Source: Octopus sinensis (Eukaryota). From it: 64,000 nucleotides of DNA. Each line of letters starts with the position of its first letter. Positions within the stretch are counted from its first letter, which is position 1. The stretch lies in contig NC_043000.1 of assembly GCF_006345805.1 (NCBI RefSeq), positions 116,064,001-116,128,000 of the forward strand, in the 5' to 3' direction. A program made the position numbers and the translations under genes. Shown in pieces: positions 12,805-24,680 of this stretch. The notes under the pieces are model-generated. The model worked only from the letters and a program-made list of their open reading frames with translations, had not been told where the DNA came from and did no database searches.

Positions 12805-13200
12805 TCTTTACTGCCCACAAGGGGCTACACACAGATGGGACAAAGGACAGATAAACGGATTAAGTCGATTATATCGACCCAAGTGCGTAACTGGTACTTA
12901 TTTAATCGACCCGAAAGGATGAAAGGAAAAGTCAACCGCGACGGAATTTGAACTCAGAACGTAACAGCAGACGAAATACTTGTTTCTTTACTATCCACAA
13001 AGAGGAGACAAACAAGGACAGACATATGGATTATGTCGATTATATCGACCCCAGTGCGTAACTGGTACTTATTTAATCGACCCCGAAAAGATGAAAGGCA
13101 AAGTCGACCTCGACGGAATTTGAACTCAGAACGTAACGGCAGACGAAATACTGCTAAGCATTTTACTCGGCGTGCTAACGTTTTTACCAGCTCGCCGAGT
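12805..13200 (-). mobile_element. SINE family A dimer
   Basis: Two bodies in tandem with a junction at ~12979; head ends CCAGCTCGCC at ~13197. Confidence 0.85.
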
Positions 13201-13380
13201 TTATTAACTCTTATTGATAAGATGTACCTGACAGAAGGAACCCTGCTCGAACTGATAACGCTTATAGCTTTATGCATAATTCAGCCAACACACATTGACT
13301 TATGTGCGCTAGTAGATCTCCCGATCGAGAGAAATACCGGAGTAAAAGCGTTAAGCGGTTTTTACGTATAATCCCAATTT

Positions 13381-13627
13381 GGTTAGCTGAAATATGTTTG
13401 TCACATACTTCAATTGCTGAAAGGCAAATACACTGTAGATGTCGTGGAGAAAAAAATCTCTCTTATGGTAGAAAGGTGTGAAAAGAGTCAACAACCTCGA
13501 AACATCGATGTCTCAGATTCTCGAGAGAGGGCGACACTGAACGAACGGGAGAATTTTTTCTCCTCGATAACTGCAGTATATTTGACTTTAGCAGCTGAAA
13601 TATGTGACAAACATACTTCAACTAACC
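13381..13627. mobile_element. MITE with ~75-bp TIRs starting GGTTAG(C/T)TGAA
   Basis: 13381-13458 matches the reverse complement of ~13550-13627; flanks ttt/taa are compatible with a decayed TWA TSD (PIF/Harbinger-like, uncertain). Confidence 0.7.
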
Positions 13628-13676
13628 TAAATTGTTAATATACATACATACACATATATGTGTGTGTATGTGTGTG

Positions 13677-13715
<39 letters not shown>

Positions 13716-14376
13716 ATAGTAAGAGAGAGAGTGAGAAGGGGTGGGAGAGGAAGAGAGAGTAATGCGTTCAAAGTAGTAAGTGTAATCATCATTTTCCCTG
13801 GCTAAGTGTTTGCGATAGACTTAGCCTAGAAAACTATGAAAATATTGAAAAGTATTCAATCTACAAGCATTATACATAAATGTATCACCACCACAATTAG
13901 ACTGAGACGCCAAAATATATAAACCTACATGTATATGTGCACCAACCGGTACATAAACACACATACACATAATGCACGCGCGCACACGAGCACAGGCACT
14001 CATATATATATTCTCTTCCTTTTATTGTTTCTTTTGTTTCAGTCATTTGACTACGGCCTTGCTGGAGCACGGTTTTAGTCGGACAAATCGATTCCTAGGA
14101 CTTATTCTTTGTGAACCTGGTACTTATTCTATAGTTCTGCTAAGTTACAGGGACATACACGCACCAACATCGGTTGTGAAGCGATGGTAGAGGGACAAAC
14201 ACAGACACACAAACATATATATATGGCTTTAGATTCGGGATTTGACTGGTATTATCAGCGTGGTGGTATCTCTCAGATACCCTAAATTATAATTTTAAAT
14301 AATTATTACCTTTGAAAGGTTTTATTCCCGTGCTGGCCACTTGATAAGATCAATATTTAAATATCAATCTTATCCT

Positions 14377-14408
<32 letters not shown>

Positions 14409-15054
14409 TGTATGTATGTATGTATGTATGTATGTATGTATGTGTGTGTGTGTGTATATACGTATGTGTGCATGCGTGTAAGCGTGTTTATGTAATATGA
14501 GTGTGTGGAGATCAGAAATATAGAATGACTGGCACTTCGAAGTCTCGCCATCACTGACTTATCGGATAGGGAAATAACGAGTGTGGAAGAATGACATGTG
14601 GGCGTAACTTAGCGGTTTAAAAAAAGGGACTGACAGAATATGTTTTAAGCTTAAAAAAATATCCTAAAAATCTTTCGAGGCGAGGCTTCGGAATGGCTGC
14701 AGTCAAATGACTGAAAGAAGTAAGAAATGAAATATAAAAGACAATAATTCGATCAATTGGTCACCAAGTGGATTCTTTTCAAAAGGAATAATATCATTAC
14801 ACAGAAGGAAACGCAGTGCCCAGGGTTTGAATGGGAGTAAACACAGAAAGAAAAGAAAATGGTGCTGTGTAGAACAATTGTTGGTGTTTATTTCAACTCC
14901 AGAAACAACCGGGAATTCGCAAATGAGTAAATAACAAGATGAAGCGTTGTACTTGGTAGACAAGAGGAAAACTGACAAATCTATTTAATGAGATCCATGA
15001 AAATGCCTGAGGAGGCATGACCTCCTTATTCATTAAGTAAACATCTATTCAAAT

Positions 15055-15056
15055 GC

Positions 15057-15120
<64 letters not shown>

Positions 15121-15278
15121 TGTATGTATGTATGTATGTATGTATGTATGTATGTATGTATGTATACGTGTATGTATGTATATGTATATGTATATGTATG
15201 TATGTATATGTATGTATGTATGTATGTGTATATGTATGTATATGTCTATATATATATGTATGTATATGTCTATATGTA

Positions 15279-15324
<46 letters not shown>

Positions 15325-15679
15325 TATCTGTATATACAGTCTCATTGACACATACATATACACAAACAAATACACGCACCCATGCGCTACCACACATTTA
15401 TATATAATGTGTATGAGTGTGTGTGTATGTGATTGCGCATGTATAATATATATATGTATATATAACAAATGTTACATGTGTGTATATATATATATGTATA
15501 TATATATGTGTATATATATGTATTTATATATGTATATATATATAAGTATATATACATATTTATATATGAAAAATATGCACTCATATTTCCATATGTAGTT
15601 ACATTCATACATTTAATCATTTATGCACACACACATACACACACAATACACGCACACACACACGCACACACACACACAC

Positions 15680-15719
<40 letters not shown>

Positions 15720-15720
15720 A
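15055..15720. repeat. Compound microsatellite (AT)n/(TATG)n/(AC)n
   Basis: Direct inspection. Confidence 0.95.
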
Positions 15721-16243
15721 CGGGCAAAAATCAGACATTTGCGAATTTGTGCCTAATAACATCGGTGGTTGAATACAAATATTTATCTCCCTATAAATAT
15801 CTTACAGCCATAAATTATAAAAACACAAATGATTATGCATCGTATTATAGATAACGACATTTTTCCCCATGTAGAACTGACTCTGCGACATTTTGGCAAT
15901 TATGTCTTTGCACTCAATCGCCAATCTTGTTATCTCTCCATAAACACCTTGTGATTTTCTTTAGATTTCGTGATTAAGGTGGCTTGTTTTGGCCTTTGGG
16001 GTGAGTTTTGGAATCTTTTAGTTGGACAGGAAATCTGTATGCTTGTTATACGTTTCATCAAAACTTCTAATGGCTCATCTGTTTTGCTGTGCAATCTATC
16101 TATCTATTTATACATAGTATATACATAAATATACATACCTATATGAATATATGCGTGTGTTTGTATATATATATATATATATATATGTAATATATGTATG
16201 TATGTCTATGTGTATATGTATATATGTATGTATGTATATATGT

Positions 16244-16425
16244 ATAGAATAAAGTCTATATCTATTTCTTCTTTTGCTGGTGGTTCAAATTTAGGTTAAA
16301 TTTAGGTTAAATTTTCTCAAAACAACTTGTCCGATCGTCCCATAGGCTTCCCCTTTGAGAAACAATGATTTAGCCTAAATTTGAACCACCAGCATAAGAA
16401 GAAATAAAGATAGACTTTATTCTAT
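16244..16425. repeat. Foldback/MITE-like inverted repeat, ~57-bp arms
   Basis: 16244-16301 vs reverse complement of 16368-16425, about 90% identical. Confidence 0.75.
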
Positions 16426-17496
16426 TCCAAGAAAAACGATTTTAGATGGACAGATAACCGAAGAGATGGTGTTGTGGATTTCCACTTCGGCATCTGAAAC
16501 TCAGAGTTTTATCTTGACTATTGAATAATTGTAACATATTATTTTATATATATATATATATATTATATATATATATATCCACATTCAGCGATTGAAGCAG
16601 GTAAAATTCAGGCTAGATATGTTTCCTAGTTAGCAGATCCTCTGATGTGATAATCGCTCAACGAGGATACTTAGCTTTCTACTTACCGGTCCGAAAATAT
16701 CTTTGTTAAATGGAAGTTACACTGTTGTTAAGTAATCGTAAGTTAACTTCGCGAAGATATATTTTGAAATGATTATTATGCATATTGTATAATAGTGTTC
16801 GATTTAGCTGCGTACGTCATAAAATTTCATAAGCTCGTAGAACAATCCTATCTCATCAGATATCCACAGAATGGTGCCTGAGAAGAAGGTTCGTTTGAAG
16901 TGCCAACGAAACATTACGACGTATATAGGACTGCTATGCCTACTCGCCCGTATAAGTGTGTATGTACGTCTATTCGTGCATGTTCACACACACACACACA
17001 CAGACATCTACACACTCGTATGCATATAGGCGCGTGGTAAGACGTGGCTGTGTGGTAGGGATTTTGCTTTCCAACAAACATTGATCTGGAATCAGTCCCA
17101 TGGCGTGGCAAATTGATCAAGTCTTCTACTGTAGCCTCGGGCTAACCAAAGCCGTCGTATATATATATATATATATAATATATATATATACACACATATG
17201 GATAAATGTATGTATGTATCATTTAACTTAGGTAGTAGTTGAATAATATATCTTAAGGCCACAATTTACTCACATGCAACATCTTTCAGAGCTTGTCGCT
17301 AATTCAGTTCTTCACCAAATTGAAAATTGTGTACACCTTTGAAGAGGACTTGTCCCTAGCTATATTGTGGCATAACAAAATTGAGATTTGGTCCCGTAGA
17401 AAAAAAAGGTTACATCAAAATTTGTAGCAACGTTATAGGAGAGTAAGTAACGCCTCCAATCAAGTTTAGATCTAAATAACTTTTTTTATTTCATAG

Positions 17497-17707
17497 GCTC
17501 GTAGAACAATCCTATCTCATTAGATATCCACAGAATGGTGCCTGGGGAAAAGGTTCGTTTGAAGTGCCAACGAAACATTACGACGTATATTTAACTGCTA
17601 CGCCTACTCGCCCGTATATGTGTGTTTATCTTTGCTTCAATGTTAGAGGAAAATATGAGGAATTCCATAGATTTTGTCCCATGCAAAAAGAATTTGTATC
17701 AAAATAG
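17497..17707 (+). other. Candidate exon-like segment (open frame LVEQSYLIRYPQNGAWGKGSFEVPTKHYDVY...), product unknown
   Basis: Polypyrimidine tract + TAG acceptor at 17480-17496; 69 sense codons from 17498; a paralogous copy at 16824-16961 has lost the acceptor and gained a stop. No protein family recognised. Confidence 0.25.
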
Positions 17708-18420
17708 TTGTGAGGTAAAATATCATGAAAAAATTTATAAGTAAGGCAAAATGTATTTTTTATTTTTAATGCAAACTGTATTTTGATTAAGCTTAAATGA
17801 TAGATCTGAATTGTATTGGCCCCTTTACCTTTCCCTTGGATAACATCAGTTGTGTGGAGAGAGGAGGCCGGTATGCATGGGCGACTGCTGGCCTTCCACG
17901 AACGACCTTACCTGGACTTGTGCCTCGGAGTGTAACTTTCTATGTGCAATCTCATGGTCAGTCATGACCAAAGGCAGTCACCCATATTATAACAAGCGTC
18001 TTCTACCTTTGTGATGATAACATTTATCATGTTGAATAATTTTCGTATCTGAAATTAATAATCATTTACTACGTTTTTCTCGTCTCTGGCATTTATTATT
18101 CACTTATGGCCCAGCAAACAAAAGCACACCACTCAAAATGCTTGAAAGCTTCAAATATAAATCCTTGAAGATAGAAATCGGAAGAACGTGACATTTTAAA
18201 CCAACAACATTGCGTGTTATTATTGGGCAGTTGGAATATTATCAAAAAGAAGCGAACTAATATGATGTAAACAATCCCTAAACAAGTGATCTAGAAAAGA
18301 TCACATATTTTACGTAGATTTCTTTCCATTTAAATACAATGTAACTCAGTGAGTTTTATAAATTTTATAAAGAAATTTTTCACAACAAACAGACATCATT
18401 TTCTTTTCGTTGCGTGTTAC

Positions 18421-18506
18421 CTCATCTAATGGCATATTTGGATGCAGAAATTTGTCTCATGGAAACTCTGGTTAGAACTAGGTGCAGCTGGTAGAAATTG
18501 AAGCAT
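18421..18506 (-). other. Candidate 86-nt exon, non-coding or 5'-UTR/start-containing
   Basis: Acceptor T10-GCAG| and donor GAG|GTAACA on the minus strand; all three frames contain a stop; a terminal ATG CCA TTA GAT GAG is possible. Confidence 0.3.
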
Positions 18507-18723
18507 CTGCAAAAAAAAAATAAAATAATAATTATAACAACAACCACAACACCGCCATCACCAAAATCACCACCACCACAACAACAATACCAACAACAAC
18601 TACCGTCAACAACAATGATAATAATAATCTTTTCTACTATAGGCACAAAGCCTGAAATTTGGGGAAGAGGGTTAGTCGATTACATCGACCCCAGTGCGTA
18701 ACTATCACTTAATTTATCGACGT

Positions 18724-19080
18724 AAATCCAGACTGACAGAGTACTAGAAGCTAGAAGGCCTGATTTGGTAATAGTAGATAAAGAGAAAAGAAGGTGCAAG
18801 ATAATTGACTTTACAGCCCCAAATGATGAAGGCCAATGCCTTCATCATATGAAAGATATAGAAAAAATAGCAAAGTACCAGGACCTAACTATTGAATTAC
18901 TGAGCCTATGAAAAGTGCGGATAGAATGCATCCAAGAAGTTATAGATATGGTGGGAACTATCCCTAAAGATCTGACCAAATGTGTAGAGAAAATAGGCAT
19001 AAAACCCAGTTTAGTACAGCTGCAGAGAACAGCGTTATTAGGGACAGCTAAGATACTTAGGATGGTTCTTGACATCCAAA
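18724..19080 (+). mobile_element. 3' fragment of an RLE-type non-LTR retrotransposon (R4/Dong-like)
   Basis: IQTDRVLEARRPDLVIVDKEKRRCKIID...KIAKYQDL...L*K...GTIPK...LQRTALLGTAKILRMVL contains the RPD...D...KY..L restriction-like endonuclease signature. Confidence 0.8.
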
Positions 19081-19449
19081 GTTACTGGCTGTAACCCAAT
19101 AGGAGGGTTCTGAGCATCTAATTTTACTCGTTGTAGCCCGATGTTAGGATTCTTTTCTTTTCCAGCATTCTAATCTGTTGAGCGTATATGAATAAAAATA
19201 ATAACACCGGCAATGCTTTTTTTAAAAAACACAAAGAGTCGTAATATCATTTGAAAGTATTCTTTTAATACTAGATAAACATTTTCCTGCTGTTAAAATG
19301 ATCGTTATAAAATATATACATAAAAAACGTTCGAGATGGAAATGTAATCTTAACAAATAATAAAGACGAAATACTAACATAAATTCACATAAATTTAATA
19401 TCTGAAGAAAAGCGAAAGACTTAACGACCATCACAAAGATAAAACTTAC

Positions 19450-19467
19450 GAGGTTAATGCGTTGAAA
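19450..19467 (-). other. Candidate 18-nt microexon TTTCAACGCATTAACCTC
   Basis: Long pyrimidine tract + CAG acceptor and a perfect GTAAGT donor; frame-preserving length; core conserved in three other local paralogues that lack intact splice sites. Confidence 0.3.
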
Positions 19468-19891
19468 CTGGTGAAGTAGTGGAAAAATAAATAATAAAAA
19501 ATCGACTTTCCCTGACTTCTGTATCTATCTGAATTATCGTGATGTTATAAACGCATCTATTTATATGACTGCATATACGGTATAGCGCGTGAATTCTAAA
19601 TATACAAGAACACAGACTCACGCACACACACATAAATATGCATACCCCACAACCAAACATATTATATATATACATAGACACACACATGCACGAACACATA
19701 TCTATATATATATATATGTATAGCTAATCCAAAGATGAAAACACAAAGAGAAAACGCAACAACGCGAGGACGTGGAACAAGTATACTGTTATTTGACGCT
19801 CAGGAAAAGAAAGGAGGATCTAACGTTTCGAGCGGAGCTCTTCGTCAGAAACATAGAAAGAGGAAAGGTCCAAGGAAGGGAAGACAGGGGG

Positions 19892-19952
<61 letters not shown>

Positions 19953-20636
19953 TGTGATATAGAATTAGGAGAGAAAAGGTTAGTGAACACCTTAAATTAT
20001 ACCCTTGGTGCCAGCTGCGTTGGTCACCAAGTGCGGTCTGCTCCTGAAACTAATTTTGAAACCTGTCGTCTCATCGTCTTTCAGACTACAACCGCCTCTG
20101 AAGACGACCGCATGACTATCGTGCAGACGAGCCGGGAAAAAGAAGGCACAATACGAATGCTCCGACCAATCCTGGTCCTGTCACATCTGTATAGAGAATT
20201 CAAAAGAAATAGTGATATTTTGAAACTGTTTAATACGTACGTTTCAGAGCTGCCTGATATGTAAATGGAAATGCGCCCGTCGGGCAAAGCTTTCATCATT
20301 TATAACATTTCAAAATTTGAAGCATTTCTGAAAATTTAAAACATTTAAACATCCCATAATGCATGATTAATCAGATGCCCACGGATAATACGAACTATAC
20401 TACCCCAAAATGTACCGACGTGACGTGTGGAAACGCGCGTAGCTAGCGATGTATTAAATGTTTCGAAATTCCATCCTAGAATTATTGTTATTATCTTTAT
20501 CCAAAATTATATCGCTATAACCGTGATATAAAAAGCACAAGCACAACACACACATACACACGTATATATACCTAAGGTGGTGGTGTAGCATGGCCGCAGT
20601 CAAATGACTAAAACAAGTGAAAGAATATAAATATAT

Positions 20637-23140
20637 GTTAGTTAGTTAGTTAGTTAATTTTTTGTTTTTTTGCTCATAAAGCAAAAAGCAAGGCCATGTA
20701 GGTGGACATGGAGTTATGTACAGGGTGGTGTTCATGTAAAGAGTTCAGGCCACTTGTGGTCAAGGGAGATTTTGAAGCGAGCGGTCGTCGGCATCTTCAC
20801 CATCTCGTCCGGCAGCTTATTCCACGGATCCGCAACCCGGACGGAGAAAGCCCCTCTCCTTCGATTGAGATGAAATCGTCGTAGATAGAGCTTTTCGGAA
20901 TGACCCCGCAGCCGACGCTCTGGAACAGGAGTGAATAACAGCTCTTTCGAGAGGTTACACTTTCCGCTTATGATGTGAGCAAGAATGAGATCACCACGGC
21001 GTCGTCGTTTTTTCTAGAGAATAAAGGTCGAGCGTCTTCAGCCTTTCTTCATAAGACAAATTCTTGAAACCAAGAACCATGCGGGTAGCCAGCTTCTGGA
21101 CTCTTTCGAGATGCTGTATGTCTTTGAGGAGATAAGGAGAAGAGGCTTGAATCCCGTACTCCAATATGGGGCTCACCAGCGTGACATAGAGCAGTAGGAA
21201 TATGGCTGCCTTGAGCATTCCGAATGACCGTCGAATCAAGAACAGAACTCCGCGTGCTTTGTTGGCAGCATGGACGCACTGGGCCGAAGGCGAAAAGGAG
21301 GAATCCACCAAGATACCCAGGTCCTTTACCTGGTCGGTCCTCTCCAGCAGCAGACGACCCGGCTCAAAATCAAGTTGAGTTGCAGGAGGAGAGCCAACAG
21401 GTAGATGACTGCACTTTGACACGTTCAGACACAGGTCCCATTCGTTAGACCATCTCCAAATTTGGTGGAGGCATCGACGAAGATCCTCTATATCACCGCG
21501 AGGAGCGACCAGTTTGACATCGTCGGCAAATAGAAGGGTGTGTTGCGTGAGGTCGTCGGGCAAGTCATTTATGAAGACTAAGAACAATAAGGGCCCAAGC
21601 GTGAATCTTGAGGCACGCCACTGCTCGCACTGGAGACGTCGGACCGCGAACCATTAACTTGGACTTGGAAGGAGCGATCTGAGAAGAAGGCACCAACCCA
21701 TCGTACAATATCCGGATGGAAACTATATGCTTGAAGCTTGACAAGTAATAGGCGGAGGTTTACCGAGTCAAAAGCTTTGGCAAAGTCCAATAAAACGATG
21801 TCAACAGCATCACTGTCATCGAGGAAGCGCGTCACCAATTCTTCCATTACCAGTAAGTTGGTCAAGCATGATCTCTTCGGCACGAAGCCGTGTTGGGAAT
21901 CAGAGATAGAGGCTGTGTTTTGGAGGTTGAGCATCATACTTTTCTTAAGGATGGTTTCGAACGTCTTGCTGATTATTGATGTAAGGGAAACCGGTCAGTA
22001 GTTAAGCGGGTCTTGGCGGCTCCCTTTCAAGATTAATTGCAGAGAAGACTCTACGTGACAGGGAAGTAGTCGTGGGCGTAGAAAAAGTTGTGTGCACGAC
22101 GAACTTCAGAACCGCATGATCACTCTTGGCAAGAGGGGCGCGCACAGATACGTCTGACACTGATGTTGGATAGCGGGAGAATACCAGATCCAGCATAGAT
22201 GGCTGCTGCCCAGACCGATGCCTTGTCGGATATTCAACATGTTGCGATAGAAAACAATCTTCAGCCACGTCAAGAAGGGCCTGACCGAACCGGGAAGATG
22301 ATGTACAAATTGATGCGGGCCAATCGATCATGGGAGCGTTGAAGTCTCTTAATATCAAACAGTCATGAGAAGCTGAAACGAATCTTATCGCTTCGAGTAA
22401 ATGAGCATCGTCCTGGGTGTCGGAAAAAGGCGGTCTGTAGACAGATAACACAGGCAGGCAAAACCCGGATAGGCTCAGCTTGCAATGGACGGCATCGAAT
22501 TTTGTTGTAGGTTGAGCATTAGTGGGTAGAATACCGCTGGACGGTTTGAGATCAAATTTAACATACACAGCAACACCACCACCTCGCCTTTTTTCTCCGT
22601 CACATCTGAAGAGGGCGTAGCCCTGTAGGTGGATTTCCGAGTCCTTTACTGCTGGAGTCAGCCAAGTCTAGGTGATAGCTATCACATCAGGGGAATCACG
22701 CATGGCCAGTGTAAATAGTTCGCTGAACTTTGGAAATGAGGAGCACGAGTTGGTATAGACGATGCTGGGCTGTGAAGTTTGAAGGGCGGGAATTGGGGAA
22801 CAAGCAGAATAAGGGGTATCAGAGATAGTATCGTTGACGGGGGTATCTACTTTACTTCGATTCGCCCTCGATTCACTTTCCCTGTCAGCACTACAGCATG
22901 CGACCAGAGGTAGGACTTAATTATTTGTCCATCTTGGATGCGTAAACCCTTCTCTCTCATCTGTTTTCTCATCTTCAGATCGGATATTAGGTTTCTCCGG
23001 CGAATTCTCTCTCTCAGTGAGTATTCCTCGCGAAAACCCATATTGGGGTCCTCCCAGGCATGCATCTGAGCTCTGTTCAGTAAGGTTGAAGCCTCCTGAT
23101 CTGAAGAAAAGATTACTCTTATTGGGCGTGGTCTAGTGTC
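20637..23140 (-). mobile_element. CR1/L2-group LINE, internally deleted and decayed
   Basis: ORF1 C-terminus RPRPIRVIF...ERIRRRNL (22847-23140); APE endonuclease VYRPP...DFNAP...LDLVF...SDH (22002-22568); RT QHGF...DFAKAFDSV, FADD (20991-21990); (TAAC)n 3' tail at 20637-20656. Confidence 0.92.
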
Positions 23141-23149
23141 TGAGTGTCT

Positions 23150-23153
23150 GAGG

Positions 23154-23216
<63 letters not shown>

Positions 23217-23665
23217 GTGTGTGTGTGTGTATGTGTGTGTATATATATGTGTGTGTGTGTGTATGTGTGTGTATATATATATGTGTGTGTGTGTGTATGT
23301 GTGTGTATATATATATGTGTGTGTGTATGTATGTGTGTGTATATATATATGTGTGTGTGTGTGTGTATGTGTGTGTATATATATATATGTATGTGTGTGT
23401 ATATATATATGTATGTGTATATATATATGTATGTGTGTATATATATATGTATGTGTGTGTGTATATATATATATGTGTGTGTGTGTATATATATATATGT
23501 ATGTGTGTGTATATATATATGAATGTATGTATATATATAGACATGTGTATGTATATACATATATGTATATACATATATACATACATACATGCATAAGTAT
23601 ATATATTTACGTATATAAATGCATATATATATATACACACACTCACACTATATATATATATATCG
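23150..23665. repeat. Compound (GT)/(AT) microsatellite truncating LINE ORF1
   Basis: Direct inspection. Confidence 0.95.
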
Positions 23666-23689
23666 CTGTACTCTACAAGTTTTTTTTCT

Positions 23690-23850
23690 TATTCTTTCTC
23701 TATTCATTTTCTCTTATTCCTTTCTGGTAAAGAGCGGAGGCTTGAAACGTAAAAGACTGTTTTTTTTCCCCCGCGCGTCAAGCTAATATACTTGCTTGTT
23801 GTTCATACACGTGTCTTCGTCTTCTGTTTTTCTATAAATTTCATCTATAT
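23690..23850 (+). mobile_element. Short dispersed repeat with degenerate hammerhead-like core (family H2)
   Basis: AAGAGCGGAGGCTTGAAACGTAAAAG plus a shared tail CTTCGTCTT; homologous to 31015-31170 and 56335-56490. Confidence 0.6.
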
Positions 23851-24309
23851 ATACATACATCTGTAGTGTATTGGATATTAAAAAAACACACACTACTATG
23901 CGTTTACTAATTACTATTTAAAGCCAGAGCTGTTTAACTTCAAACATTTATTTCAAGATGTTACTTATTGTTGAAAGATATGAAGATTGAGAGAAAAAAA
24001 AACATGAAGAAACATAGATACGGGTAATTTTTTCCATGTAACAAAAGATTCACTACCATATTATTGAAATAAAATCTTTGTAAACATGAGGCACGCCTCT
24101 TATTATGTCTCGGGAAATTTCGTTTTGTTGTTTGTTTAGTTTTCGTGATTAAGATGTTTTTATCTTCCGGCTGTGTTTCTGGACCTTATGCTTTTCCTGG
24201 TCAGTAACTAATTTTAGCTGAGCTCTTTTTATGCGACTGCAAAAATATTTCAGCCATAAATAGATGTTTTTCATGTTCTGCTGTTTCTTAGCTGTGTGTT
24301 TTTTTTTTA

Positions 24310-24680
24310 CTTTTATCGTTGACTTGTTTCAGTCATTGGATTGCAGTCTTGCTAGAGCACTGCTTGGAAAAGCAAGACGAATGAATCGACAGCAGTAATG
24401 TTTTTTTAACCTGCCACTTGCTCTGTCGGTGTCTTTTGCCCAACCACTGCGTTACGGGGACGTAAGCATATTAATTACGGGTGTCAAGCGCTGTTGAACA
24501 AATACAGAGACAGAGACAGACGCGCGTGTGCATACACACGTATTTATATTTATATATATACGATTGATTCTTTTCGGTTTCCATCTACCATATTTGTGCA
24601 GAAGAATTTGGTTGGTGGAAGGCTATAGTAGAAGTCACTAACATAAGATGCTAGGCAGTGGGGCTAAACATGGAAACAAG
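24310..24680 (-). mobile_element. SINE family B, diverged
   Basis: Tail TTGTTTCAGTCATTGGATTGCAG and head region similar to other B copies. Confidence 0.65.
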
